DNA of 56,511 nt from Actinomycetota bacterium (GCA_023487035.1 JAMDEN010000098.1:1-56511), one strand, 5' to 3'. Counted from the first letter of the stretch, positions 18,745-27,474 are shown. The notes: generated by a model not told the origin, from the sequence alone. Program-made: numbers and translations.

Positions 18745-19128
18745 CTACTCAGAATCTTTTGATTCCAGAGACAGTTTCCACATTTGCTGTGCTTTTCTCC
18801 AGTGAAAGGCAAACAGCGGTATTGAAATAATTACAAGAAGTACTCCTCTTAGAAGGTTTTTAAAAGCCATATCTTTTTCATTTTCGATTGAAGCATTAAT
18901 TTCATCCTGGACCAATTTATCAATTTGTTCAGCAGTTAAGTTTTTATATTGCTCCTGAGAATACATGCTTGCTACACTTGGTTTTGTTAAATATGTAGTT
19001 GGCTTTACGTAGTTAATAGCACCGTCATAAACCTGTACAAGACCAATTATAAAAATAACAATTGCAACCATGCAAATAATATAGAAATAAATTTCTCTAA
19101 AATAAACTCTTCGTGTCATATATAACAC
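18745..19128 (-). CDS. Small membrane protein, two predicted TM helices, unknown function
   Basis: 127 aa. Hydrophobic helices IYFYIICMVAIVIFIIGLV and LLRGVLLVIISIPLFAF flank a charged coiled segment. I recognised no family. Confidence 0.5.
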   Translation of the reverse strand: MLYMTRRVYFREIYFYIICMVAIVIFIIGLVQVYDGAINYVKPTTYLTKPSVASMYSQEQYKNLTAEQIDKLVQDEINASIENEKDMAFKNLLRGVLLVIISIPLFAFHWRKAQQMWKLSLESKDSE

Positions 19129-19625
19129 CTTCCTTAATTTATCAATTAAATTTGATTAAAAATTAGCAAATAAAAATAAAAAGGAAAAAGAAATTAATAA
19201 TATAATTTAATTATATATAAAATAAATATAAAAGCAAAAGCATAATTTGTATTTTTATTCTTTGGTATTTTGGCACTTATTTAATAATTCTTTAAATTAT
19301 CTGCTTATTTGTTTTTTTGCCATTATTTGTCATTTATCAATCAGATTGAAAGTTTCTATAATATATGTTTATTATAAATATATTTATTTCTTATAGTCTA
19401 ATTAGCATATTTAATGTAATGTTTTTTAATCTTAAAGACTAAAAAAATAGCATTTTTTTAAAAAAAATAATTTAAAATCTAAAAATTTTTATAAAATATC
19501 TTTAATAAAAATAAAAATTATTTAATAATTAACTAAGAAAAAACTAAGAAAAATTTTAATTTATTAAGTATTAAATAAATAAATATAAGATTAATATAAT
19601 AAAGTCATAATTATTTTATTGCGCG

Positions 19626-20339
19626 TTGGAAAATAAAAAATATAACATATCTGCATTTTTTCCTGTTTATAATGATTGGGGAACAATACCCAGCATGGTG
19701 CTTTTAGCTGAAAAGGCACTTAAAAAAGTTGCTGCAAATTATGAAATAATATTAATTGATGATGATTCAAACAACCTTACTAAATCAGTACTTGAAGCTC
19801 TTTCTAAAAAAATAGAAAATTTAAAAATTATTACGCATGAGAAAAATAAAGGTTATGGAGGAGCGTTAAAATCAGGCTTTTATAATGCAAAATATGAACT
19901 AATCTTTTATACTGATGGGGATGCTCAGTATAACCCACTTGAGTTAGAAAAACTTGTTGAAAAGATGACCGATTATGTAGATATCGTTAACGGTTATAAG
20001 ATATCTCGTCAAGATCCATTTTATAGGAAAATAATTGGAAGACTATATCATTATACAACAAAAATACTGTTTAAGTTTAAAATTAGAGATGTTGATTGTG
20101 ATTTTCGATTAATTAGAAAAAGTCTATTTGATAATATCAATCTTAGATATGATAGTGGCATAATTTGTGTTGAAATGATTAGCAAGTTTGCAGCAAGGGG
20201 TGCAAGATTTGTTGAAGTTCCAGTTACACATTATTTTAGAGTAAGTGGTAAATCACAGTTTTTTAATTTTAAAAGAATTTTTAGAACTGGAGTTCATTTA
20301 TTAAAATTATGGTATCAGATTAGAATTAAAAATAAATAA
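19626..20339 (+). CDS. Glycosyltransferase family 2 (polyprenol-phosphate sugar transferase-like)
   Basis: FFPVYNDWGT, ILIDDDS and YTDGDAQY (DxD) motifs. 237 aa. TTG start with no clear RBS. Confidence 0.75.
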   Translation: MENKKYNISAFFPVYNDWGTIPSMVLLAEKALKKVAANYEIILIDDDSNNLTKSVLEALSKKIENLKIITHEKNKGYGGALKSGFYNAKYELIFYTDGDAQYNPLELEKLVEKMTDYVDIVNGYKISRQDPFYRKIIGRLYHYTTKILFKFKIRDVDCDFRLIRKSLFDNINLRYDSGIICVEMISKFAARGARFVEVPVTHYFRVSGKSQFFNFKRIFRTGVHLLKLWYQIRIKNK

Positions 20340-20363
20340 TGTCAAATTATACGTCCCTGTGAC
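20339..20363. repeat. Solo inverted copy of the IR motif, an exact 25-nt partner of 15584..15608
   Basis: ATGTCAAATTATACGTCCCTGTGAC is the reverse complement of GTCACAGGGACGTATAATTTGACAT. It overlaps the last base of the GT2 stop codon. Confidence 0.9.
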
Positions 20364-20386
20364 ATAAAGCAAAGAATATAAATATT

Positions 20387-21499
20387 ATGGATAATAGAAA
20401 TAATAATACTAATTTTATTAGCAGTAATTCAAATTATTCTAAGCTGCAATATTTAAACAAAATTCATCTTAAATCTAAAAATTCAGTTTTTAAAAAAATA
20501 AATATAGATGATATTTATAAAAGCTATAAAAATAAAAATGTCTTAGTGACAGGTGGTGCTGGCTTTATTGGAAGCAATCTAGTTATTAAGCTTTGTGAAA
20601 TTGGGGCAAATGTACTTGTCGTGGACTCGCTTATTGAGGATTATGGCGGAAATCTTTTTAATCTTGAGCCAGTAAAAGATAAAATTAAGCTAAATATTGC
20701 TGATGTTAGAACATATCCCACAATGCTTTATCTTGTAAAAAATCAAGATTACATTTTTAATCTTGCTGGGCAGGTGAGCCATATTGACAGCATGATTGAT
20801 CCCTGGACAGATTTGGAAATAAATTGCAGAAGTCAGCTTACAATTCTTGAAGCATGTAAAAAAAATAACAAAGATGTAAAAATAGTTTATGCAGGGACAA
20901 GACAGCAATATGGAAAGCCTAATTATCTTCCTGTTGATGAAGATCACATTGTACACCCGACAGATGTAAATGGAATAAATAAAATGGCTGGAGAATGGTA
21001 TCACATACTTTATAATAATGTTTATGGCATAAGGGCTTGCTCACTTAGACTTGTAAACACTTATGGACCTCGCCAACTTCTTAAACATAATAGGCAAGGT
21101 TTTATAGGCTGGTTTATAAGATTAATACTTGAAGATAAAAGAATCCAATTATTTGGCGGCGGCAGTCAACTTAGAGATTTTAATTATGTTGATGATGTTG
21201 TAGATGCTTTTTTAGTAGCTGGAGCAGATGAGAGCGCAAATGGTAAATTTTATAATCTTGGCGGCAAGGAGCCAATATCTTTAAAAAATCTTGTCGAGCT
21301 AATGATAGAAATAACGGGTAAGGGAAGTTTTGAAGAAATTAATTTTCCAGAGGACAGAAAAAAAATAGATATAGGCGATTTTTATTCTGACTATTCAAAG
21401 ATAAAAAATGAACTTGGCTGGGAGCCAAAAGTTTCAATTAAAGAAGGTCTTCAAAAAACTTTTAAGTATTATGAAAAATATATGAGTTATTATTTTTAG
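20387..21499 (+). CDS. NAD-dependent epimerase/dehydratase family protein (extended SDR) with an N-rich N-terminal extension
   Basis: [13 protein letters not shown] and catalytic YxxxK-type region (INKMAGEWY). The roughly 50-aa N/S-rich leader before the Rossmann fold makes the true start uncertain. Confidence 0.8.
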   Translation: MDNRNNNTNFISSNSNYSKLQYLNKIHLKSKNSVFKKINIDDIYKSYKNKNVLVTGGAGFIGSNLVIKLCEIGANVLVVDSLIEDYGGNLFNLEPVKDKIKLNIADVRTYPTMLYLVKNQDYIFNLAGQVSHIDSMIDPWTDLEINCRSQLTILEACKKNNKDVKIVYAGTRQQYGKPNYLPVDEDHIVHPTDVNGINKMAGEWYHILYNNVYGIRACSLRLVNTYGPRQLLKHNRQGFIGWFIRLILEDKRIQLFGGGSQLRDFNYVDDVVDAFLVAGADESANGKFYNLGGKEPISLKNLVELMIEITGKGSFEEINFPEDRKKIDIGDFYSDYSKIKNELGWEPKVSIKEGLQKTFKYYEKYMSYYF

Positions 21500-21595
21500 G
21501 GAAAATACTGTATGAATGAAAATCTAATTAATTATTCGCTGGAAAAGCTAAAAAATGCTTTTGACAAACTTAATGAAAATAGATTCAAAAAATAA

Positions 21596-21632
21596 TTGAC
21601 ATCATGATAACATTTGTGCTATGATGTTATCA
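21596..21632 (+). promoter_or_regulatory. Sigma70-like promoter with embedded 9-bp inverted repeat (candidate VapB operator)
   Basis: TTGACA (21596..21601), an 18-nt spacer, then TATGAT (21620..21625). The arms TGATAACAT (21605..21613) and ATGTTATCA (21624..21632) lie about 35 nt upstream of the antitoxin GTG start. Confidence 0.55.
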
Positions 21633-21666
21633 CTATTATTTTTTATATATTTTAAAGGTTTAAAAA

Positions 21667-21933
21667 GTGAAAAGAACTCAAATACAAATAACTGACAAAC
21701 AATACAGTTATTTAAAAAAAATTTCATCTGAAAAAAATATTTCATTAGCAGAAGTTGTAAGAGAGGCTATCTCATCTTATTCATCTTCAGTTGCGATAAT
21801 TGATTATGATTCAAAGATTAAGGATGCTTTAAGCCTAATTGGAAAATATAAATCAGGCAAAAAAGATATCTCTATAAAACATGATGATTATATTGAAAAA
21901 GAACTTGAAGAGGAGAATAAATCAGATAAATGA
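21667..21933 (+). CDS. vapB: Ribbon-helix-helix (CopG-like) antitoxin, VapB type
   Basis: MKRTQIQITDKQYSYLKKISSEKNISLAEVVREAI is a typical RHH N-terminus. 88 aa. 4-nt overlap (ATGA) with the PIN gene. Confidence 0.8.
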   Translation: MKRTQIQITDKQYSYLKKISSEKNISLAEVVREAISSYSSSVAIIDYDSKIKDALSLIGKYKSGKKDISIKHDDYIEKELEEENKSDK

Positions 21934-22328
21934 ATATATTTGTTGATACCTGTGCTTTTATTGCTTTAATTGATTCTGATGATGAATATAATTTTCTTGC
22001 TGCAGAACTATTTAAGAAAGCTACTAAAGCTAATGAAAAATTTTTTACTTCAAATTATATTATTCTTGAAACAATTTTTTTATTACAAAGAAAACTCGGC
22101 TTGTCAGCAGTAAATGATTTCAAAAGATTTATGCTTCCTCTAATAAATATGATATGGATAGACGAAAAAATTCATGATAATTGTTTAAATAATCTGATAT
22201 CAGCAGAAAGGAATAAAATAAGTTTTACTGACTATACAAGTTTTTATATTTTGGATAATTTTAAAATAGATGCTGTTTTTACATTTGACAAACATTTCAA
22301 AGAAAAGGGATATAAATTTTTAGAATAA
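21930..22328 (+). CDS. vapC: PIN-domain toxin (VapC family)
   Basis: MNIFVDTCAFIAL acidic N-terminal motif, later SFTDYTSF and FTFDKHF. 132 aa. Confidence 0.85.
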   Translation: MNIFVDTCAFIALIDSDDEYNFLAAELFKKATKANEKFFTSNYIILETIFLLQRKLGLSAVNDFKRFMLPLINMIWIDEKIHDNCLNNLISAERNKISFTDYTSFYILDNFKIDAVFTFDKHFKEKGYKFLE

Positions 22329-22346
22329 ATGAATATAAATTAAATT

Positions 22347-23597
22347 ATGAAAATACCGTTTGGAGATTTATCAAGGCAGTATAAAAAATATAAGAATGAA
22401 TTTGACAGCATAATTACTTCTGTATTTGAAAAGGGAAGCTTTATCCTTGGAGAAAATCTTTCCGATTTTGAGAAAAATTTTGCCAGCTATCTTGGGATAA
22501 AAAATGCCATTGGAGTTGCAAACGGAACTGAAGCTATCTTTTTAGCCTTAAAAGCTTTAGATATTGGTGAAGGCGATGAAGTAATTACTGTTTCAAACAC
22601 TGCAGTTCCAACAGTTTCTGCAATAGACGGTGCAGGTGCAAAACCAGTATTTGTAGATATTTTAGAAGATTCTTACAATATTAATCCTCAGCTTATTGAA
22701 GAAAAAATCAGTAAAAAAACTAAAGCAATAATTCCTGTTCATCTATATGGAAATCCTTGTGAAATGGATAGCATAATGCAAATAGCAAATAAACATGGTT
22801 TAAAAGTTATTGAAGATTGTGCTCAAGCTCATGGAGCAAAATATAAAGGCAAGAAAGTTGGAACTTTTGGGCACATATCAACTTTCAGTTTTTATCCTTC
22901 TAAAAATCTTGGAGCAAATGGCGATGGCGGAATGATTGTAACAGATGATGACGAGCTCGCTGAAAAAGTGCGTCTTTTAAGAAATTACGGTTTTAAAGAT
23001 AGATATAATAGTATTTTAAGAGGTTACAATAGCCGCCTCGATGAGTTGCAGGCAGCTCTTCTTAACTTTAAATTAACAAAGCTTGATGAATGGAACATGA
23101 TGCGAATTAAAATAGCACAGAAATACATAATTGGTCTAAAAAATACTCCATTAATTTTAGCTAAAATACCCAAAATACCTCAAATACCACAAATGCCTAA
23201 AATGCCAAGAACGTCTCAAACAAATGATATATCTAATTTAAATAAATTAAATTTAAATAACTTCAATTTAGATAATTTAGATTTCGATAATTTAAGTAGT
23301 TATATTAATATCAATAATTTAAGTACTTTTCCAGTATTTCACCTATTTGTTGCCAGATGCAAAGAAGAAAGGTCAAAACTTATCGGTTATTTGCTAAAGG
23401 AAGGTATATCTGTTCTTATTCATTATCCCATACCAATTCATCTTCAGCCAGCATATAGTTTTTTAAGTTACAAGGCAGGAGATCTTCCTGTTACTGAAAA
23501 AATATCGCAAGAGATACTATCTATTCCCATTTATCCAGAGCTTGAAGACAAAGAAATTGATTACATTATTGATAAAATTAATAAGTTTTATAATTAA
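22347..23597 (+). CDS. DegT/DnrJ/EryC1/StrS-family PLP-dependent sugar aminotransferase with a roughly 55-aa repeat insertion
   Basis: GTEAIFLALKAL, EDCAQAHGA and the PLP-lysine motif FSFYPSKNLGA. The insertion lies between about residues 273 and 326. Confidence 0.88.
   Translation: MKIPFGDLSRQYKKYKNEFDSIITSVFEKGSFILGENLSDFEKNFASYLGIKNAIGVANGTEAIFLALKALDIGEGDEVITVSNTAVPTVSAIDGAGAKPVFVDILEDSYNINPQLIEEKISKKTKAIIPVHLYGNPCEMDSIMQIANKHGLKVIEDCAQAHGAKYKGKKVGTFGHISTFSFYPSKNLGANGDGGMIVTDDDELAEKVRLLRNYGFKDRYNSILRGYNSRLDELQAALLNFKLTKLDEWNMMRIKIAQKYIIGLKNTPLILAKIPKIPQIPQMPKMPRTSQTNDISNLNKLNLNNFNLDNLDFDNLSSYININNLSTFPVFHLFVARCKEERSKLIGYLLKEGISVLIHYPIPIHLQPAYSFLSYKAGDLPVTEKISQEILSIPIYPELEDKEIDYIIDKINKFYN
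23163..23207 (+). repeat. In-frame 9-nt microsatellite x5 inside the DegT gene, followed by AAT/TTA/GAT-rich repeats to about 23324
   Basis: AAAATACCC AAAATACCT CAAATACCA CAAATGCCT AAAATGCCA encodes KIP KIP QIP QMP KMP. It starts at codon 273. Confidence 0.9.
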
Positions 23598-23752
23598 ATG
23601 TCAATATGAAATATAGCATTTTAGCATTTAATTAAATTTAGCATTTAATTTTAGTAATTAATTGGTTTTTGGTGAAAAAAAATTTTATAGTATATTGTTT
23701 AAAAAATTAAATTTTTAAATCTAGATAAAAATATTTTGCTTTTTTAGCGTTT

Positions 23753-24169
23753 TTAAAATTCTAAATTTAAAAAATCATTAGGAGTTATAATGCTTGTGTC
23801 TTTATATTTACCAAGAGAAAGCAAATCTTTATCTCCAGTTATTATATATTTTGCTTTTGAAAATACAGCAAGGTCTAGTATTTTATTGTCATCAGAATCA
23901 CGGCAAATTTTTGTATTGTAAGAAGGCAGCATATTTTTAAAAGTATTTTTAAATATTAGCTCCCATTCTTTTATTAATTTATCAGGAAAATCGAACTTAA
24001 ATTTAAGTTTTTTGACTAACTCAGCAAGTATTTCTGGAGAAATTGCACCGTCAAATTTATTTTCTAAAATAATTGATTTCAAAATTTTTTCAGGTGTACC
24101 TTTAAAAACAATGGCTGAAATCAAAACATTTGTATCAAGAATAATTGTAAATCTTTTACTCACCTTCAA
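23753..24169 (-). CDS. PIN-domain toxin (TIGR00305-like putative TA toxin component)
   Basis: IILDTNVLISAIVFKG and ITGDKDLL motifs. 138 aa. 14-nt overlap with the upstream Phd gene. Confidence 0.8.
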   Translation of the reverse strand: MKVSKRFTIILDTNVLISAIVFKGTPEKILKSIILENKFDGAISPEILAELVKKLKFKFDFPDKLIKEWELIFKNTFKNMLPSYNTKICRDSDDNKILDLAVFSKAKYIITGDKDLLSLGKYKDTSIITPNDFLNLEF

Positions 24170-24452
24170 TAATCCTTTCTATATCTTCATCAGATAACTT
24201 ATTAAAGTCATACCCTTTTTTAATAAGCCACTTTTTGAATAATTCTTGAGATTCAGTGAGTGCCTTTTCAAATCTATATTTCCAACTTTCTTCCATCAAC
24301 TCTTTTATCTTAAGGTAATTATCATAAGATATTATAACAGCTTCAGGTTTACTGTCTCTTGTAATGATAAAAGCCTCATCTTTATCAGAAATATTATCAA
24401 CTATTTTTTTTATTTTTTCTCTTGTTTCTGTTATTCCTATTATCTTTTCCAT
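24156..24452 (-). CDS. Phd/YefM-family antitoxin
   Basis: ITETREKIKKIVDNISDKDEAFIITRDSKPEAVIISYDNY is a typical Phd/YefM N-terminal domain. 98 aa. Confidence 0.8.
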   Translation of the reverse strand: MEKIIGITETREKIKKIVDNISDKDEAFIITRDSKPEAVIISYDNYLKIKELMEESWKYRFEKALTESQELFKKWLIKKGYDFNKLSDEDIERIIEGE

Positions 24453-24508
24453 TTGTTAATCATCCTTTAACCTATAAAATTATTAAATATTATATAAAAT
24501 CAATTTTT

Positions 24509-24540
24509 ATATACATTAAAATTTACATATTAATGTATAT
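24509..24540. promoter_or_regulatory. 11-bp inverted repeat upstream of the Phd-PIN operon (candidate operator)
   Basis: ATATACATTAA (24509..24519) and TTAATGTATAT (24530..24540), separated by 10 nt, lie 57-88 nt upstream of the Phd start on the minus strand. Confidence 0.45.
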
Positions 24541-24741
24541 TATAATTATAATAAAATAAATATCAATGCATTTTTGTCATTATCTTATTTTGACTATTAT
24601 TCAATCTTAACATTACGGTTTTTATAAATTTTTCATTAAGATTGGATTGATTTGACTTTTATTTTTGCCTGGTCAGAAACTTTTTTATAACTTTAAACCT
24701 CATTTTTAATTATTTGTTTTTGTTTTTTAATGCAAAATAGA

Positions 24742-24827
24742 ATATAATAAACTATACTTTATTATAAATATAATATATAATAAATTATACTTTATTATTA
24801 TTTTAATATATAATAAACTATACCTTA
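24742..24827. repeat. Three direct repeats (ATATAATAAAYTATACYTTA...) with an exact 33-bp period upstream of ATPase gene 1
   Basis: Copies lie at 24742..24765, 24775..24798 and 24808..24827. The last ends 41 nt before the ATG at 24869. Confidence 0.85.
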
Positions 24828-24868
24828 CAAAAATAATTTAAGTAATTTGGATAATTTAAATAAAAAAC

Positions 24869-26143
24869 ATGCAGCAAATAGAAAGAATAATTAAATTAAT
24901 ACATTTTTGGAATAATACAATTACTGCAGAAAATTTGAAAGACAGGATTGTACTGAATACAATTAATTTAAAAACGAATGAAATAATTGATATAACAGGA
25001 CCGCGAAGAAGCGGTAAATCATCTGTACTAAAGATGATTATTAAAAAATTAAAATTAAAAGATAATTATATTTTCATGAATTTTGAAGATCCGTTTTTCA
25101 TAAATAACAGTAATCCTGAAATCATTGATGAGATTATCTCGGTATTTAAACAACATTTTAATCCACAGCTTAAATATTTATTTTTTGATGAAATTCAGGA
25201 AATAAATCAATGGGAAAGAATTATAAATAAATACAGGGAATTAAATGAATTTAAAATATTTATTACAGGCTCTAATTCAAAATTAACTGAAAGCGAGCTT
25301 GCTTCTCTCCTTACGGGTAGGCACTTAAGCTATAAGGTAATGCCTTTGAACTTTACTGAATTTTTATATTTTAATGGAATTAAAATTAATAGTTTGAAAG
25401 AAGTTGTTCTGAATAAAAAAACCATTCTTGATTTATTCGATAAATATATGCAAATTGGAGGATTTCCTGAAATAGTTATTACCGAAAATATGGAACTTGC
25501 AAGAACATATTTCACTGATATTCTTTATAAAGACATAGTCATGCGTCATAATATTCGGCAAAAAACAGTTTTGGAAAAAATTGCTTTATTCTTTATCAGT
25601 AATTCCGGAAAAACTATAAGTATTGAATCATTAAAAAATAACTACAATATATCATTTGAGATGTCTTCTTCATATATTGATTATCTTAAAAGTGCTTTTT
25701 TAATTTTAGAGCTTAACCAATTTTCATATTCTTTAAAAAAACAGCAAAAATCATTAAAAAAATACTATTCAATTGATACCGGTATTGCAAATTCGATTTC
25801 TTTCAGGTTTTCTGAGTATAAAGGCAGAATGCTTGAAAATATAGTTTTCCTTCATCTTAAAAATTCAGAATCTAATATTTATTATTATAAGACTCGAAAT
25901 AATCTGGAAGTGGATTTTTTAATCGCAGATAATATGGAGATTAAAGATTTAATACAAGTAAGCTTAAATATTGAAAATTCTGAAACCAGAGTAAGAGAAA
26001 TTCAAGGCTTAGCTGCTGCTATGGAAGAGCTAAATATTAACAGCTCTAAAATCATAACTTATGATCAGGAAGAAGAAATAAGAAGGGGCAGTAAAACCAT
26101 TCATGTAATTCCTGCTTTTAAATGGCTTACAGGTATTTATTAA
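24869..26143 (+). CDS. AAA-type ATPase with a DUF4143-like C-terminal domain
   Basis: Walker A GPRRSGKSS, Walker B-like YLFFDEIQ and a C-terminal acidic motif NNLEVDFLIAD. 424 aa. Confidence 0.8.
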   Translation: MQQIERIIKLIHFWNNTITAENLKDRIVLNTINLKTNEIIDITGPRRSGKSSVLKMIIKKLKLKDNYIFMNFEDPFFINNSNPEIIDEIISVFKQHFNPQLKYLFFDEIQEINQWERIINKYRELNEFKIFITGSNSKLTESELASLLTGRHLSYKVMPLNFTEFLYFNGIKINSLKEVVLNKKTILDLFDKYMQIGGFPEIVITENMELARTYFTDILYKDIVMRHNIRQKTVLEKIALFFISNSGKTISIESLKNNYNISFEMSSSYIDYLKSAFLILELNQFSYSLKKQQKSLKKYYSIDTGIANSISFRFSEYKGRMLENIVFLHLKNSESNIYYYKTRNNLEVDFLIADNMEIKDLIQVSLNIENSETRVREIQGLAAAMEELNINSSKIITYDQEEEIRRGSKTIHVIPAFKWLTGIY

Positions 26144-26310
26144 TTTCGAGAAATTTCAAGAAAATATACATGGGCGATACACACGGCAATTTACTTTAGA
26201 TATTTAAGGATTTAAGAAGTTCTTTAACACAAATGCTGATAAACTTTTTGCTTCAATTCAAAATAAATTATAAAATCATTTTTTAGTATTAATTTTCTAT
26301 TTATAAGAAT

Positions 26311-26505
26311 AATTACTAAGGGGAAAAACTGAACTTAAAAGTATTAAAAAATTTTTCAATTGAGTTGTTATTATATTGACGATAAAAATAAAACAGGTAT
26401 TATTTTAGAAGTTAAGTATCACAAGTGAAGATACTTATAACAACTACTAAAATTATAGTTCAACTTGGAGGCATATTGGAAGACAGAAAATTTAAAACAA
26501 TACTT
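26311..26505 (+). repeat. 195-bp direct repeat, copy 1 (rfbB promoter region, RBS and first 10 codons)
   Basis: It aligns with 29111..29304 at an offset of 2800/2799 nt. By eye there are about a dozen differences, including one 1-nt indel. Confidence 0.9.
26376..26403 (+). promoter_or_regulatory. Putative promoter inside the 195-bp repeat (duplicated at 29176..29203)
   Basis: TTGACG, a 16-nt spacer, then TATTAT. Both hexamers and the spacing are conserved in both repeat copies. Confidence 0.4.
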
Positions 26506-27474
26506 GTAACTGGTGGCGCAGGATTTATTGGCAGTAACTTCATTCATTATATGATAAAAAAATATCCTGAATACAACATCATTAATCTTGATAAGTTAAC
26601 TTATGCAGGAAACCTTGAAAATCTTAAATCTATTGAAGATAAACCTAATTATAAATTTATAAAAGGCGATATTGCAGACAGAAAAATTGTTGGAGAAATA
26701 TTTAGCGGCAATAAAATAGATGCAGTAATTAATTTTGCAGCAGAATCACATGTTGACCGCTCAATTGATGACCCTGGTGTATTTATTCAAACTGATGTAT
26801 ATGGCACATTTGTTCTTCTTGAAGCGGTAAAAAATCATAATACAAAGCTATTTTTTCAGATTAGTACCGATGAAGTTTATGGTTCAATACTTGACGGCTC
26901 ATTTAAAGAAGATGACCCTCTTCTTCCAAACAGTCCTTATTCAGCATCAAAAGCTGGTGCTGAAATGATAGTACGTTCTTTTTATAAAACCTACGGGACT
27001 CCAATTGTAATTACAAGAACTTCCAATAATTTCGGTCCTTTTCAGTTTCCTGAAAAGATTATTCCTCTTTTTGTTACAAACTTAATTGATGATTTAAAAG
27101 TTCCTCTTTATGGTGATGGGCTTAATGTTAGGGACTGGCTTTATGTTGAAGATAACTGCAGAGCCATTGATATAATTCTTCATAAAGGCAGAATTGGTGA
27201 AATATATAATGTTGGTGCTGGAAATGAAAAACCAAACATCTGGATTACTAAAAAATTAATTGAGCTAACCGGAAAAACCGAAGACATGATTGAGCCTGTT
27301 GCGGACAGACTTGGCCATGATAGACGTTATTCAATTGACTGTTCAAAAATTGAAAAAGAATTTGGCTGGAAACCTCAATATGATTTTGAAGAAGCATTAG
27401 CCAGGACAGTTCGCTGGTATGTAAATAATGAGGCTTGGTGGCGTCCACTTAAAGAAAGGATTATAAAAAAGTAA
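26476..27474 (+). CDS. rfbB: dTDP-glucose 4,6-dehydratase
   Basis: [49 protein letters not shown] and PYSASKAGAE. I prefer the TTG start at 26476, 4 nt after GGAGG (26467..26471). The track GTG at 26425 adds 17 residues that are atypical for RfbB. Confidence 0.9.
   Translation: MEDRKFKTILVTGGAGFIGSNFIHYMIKKYPEYNIINLDKLTYAGNLENLKSIEDKPNYKFIKGDIADRKIVGEIFSGNKIDAVINFAAESHVDRSIDDPGVFIQTDVYGTFVLLEAVKNHNTKLFFQISTDEVYGSILDGSFKEDDPLLPNSPYSASKAGAEMIVRSFYKTYGTPIVITRTSNNFGPFQFPEKIIPLFVTNLIDDLKVPLYGDGLNVRDWLYVEDNCRAIDIILHKGRIGEIYNVGAGNEKPNIWITKKLIELTGKTEDMIEPVADRLGHDRRYSIDCSKIEKEFGWKPQYDFEEALARTVRWYVNNEAWWRPLKERIIKK

Noticed and set aside
19129-19625. A 497-bp AT-rich spacer with a 48-codon hydrophobic ORF (TTG start near 19248) and an AACTAAGAAAAA x2 repeat.
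   Set aside because: The ORF has a composition typical of random AT-rich sequence and has no RBS. The region is most simply a divergent promoter spacer, and I could see nothing more specific.
15584-20363. The 25-31 nt motif copies considered as a degenerate CRISPR array or as integron attC sites.
   Set aside because: The copies occur in both orientations, with irregular spacings of 19 nt to 2.4 kb and no cas genes, so this is not CRISPR. The arms lack the RYYYAAC/GTTRRRY core sites, no intI or attI is present, and the bracketed units contain several genes in mixed orientation, so this is not a canonical integron.
26425-26475. The GTG start at 26425 for rfbB, giving the leader MKILITTTKIIVQLGGI.
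   Set aside because: RfbB proteins normally begin a few residues before the GGAGFIG motif. A GGAGG RBS precedes the TTG at 26476. In the duplicated copy the GTG is destroyed while the RBS and TTG are conserved.
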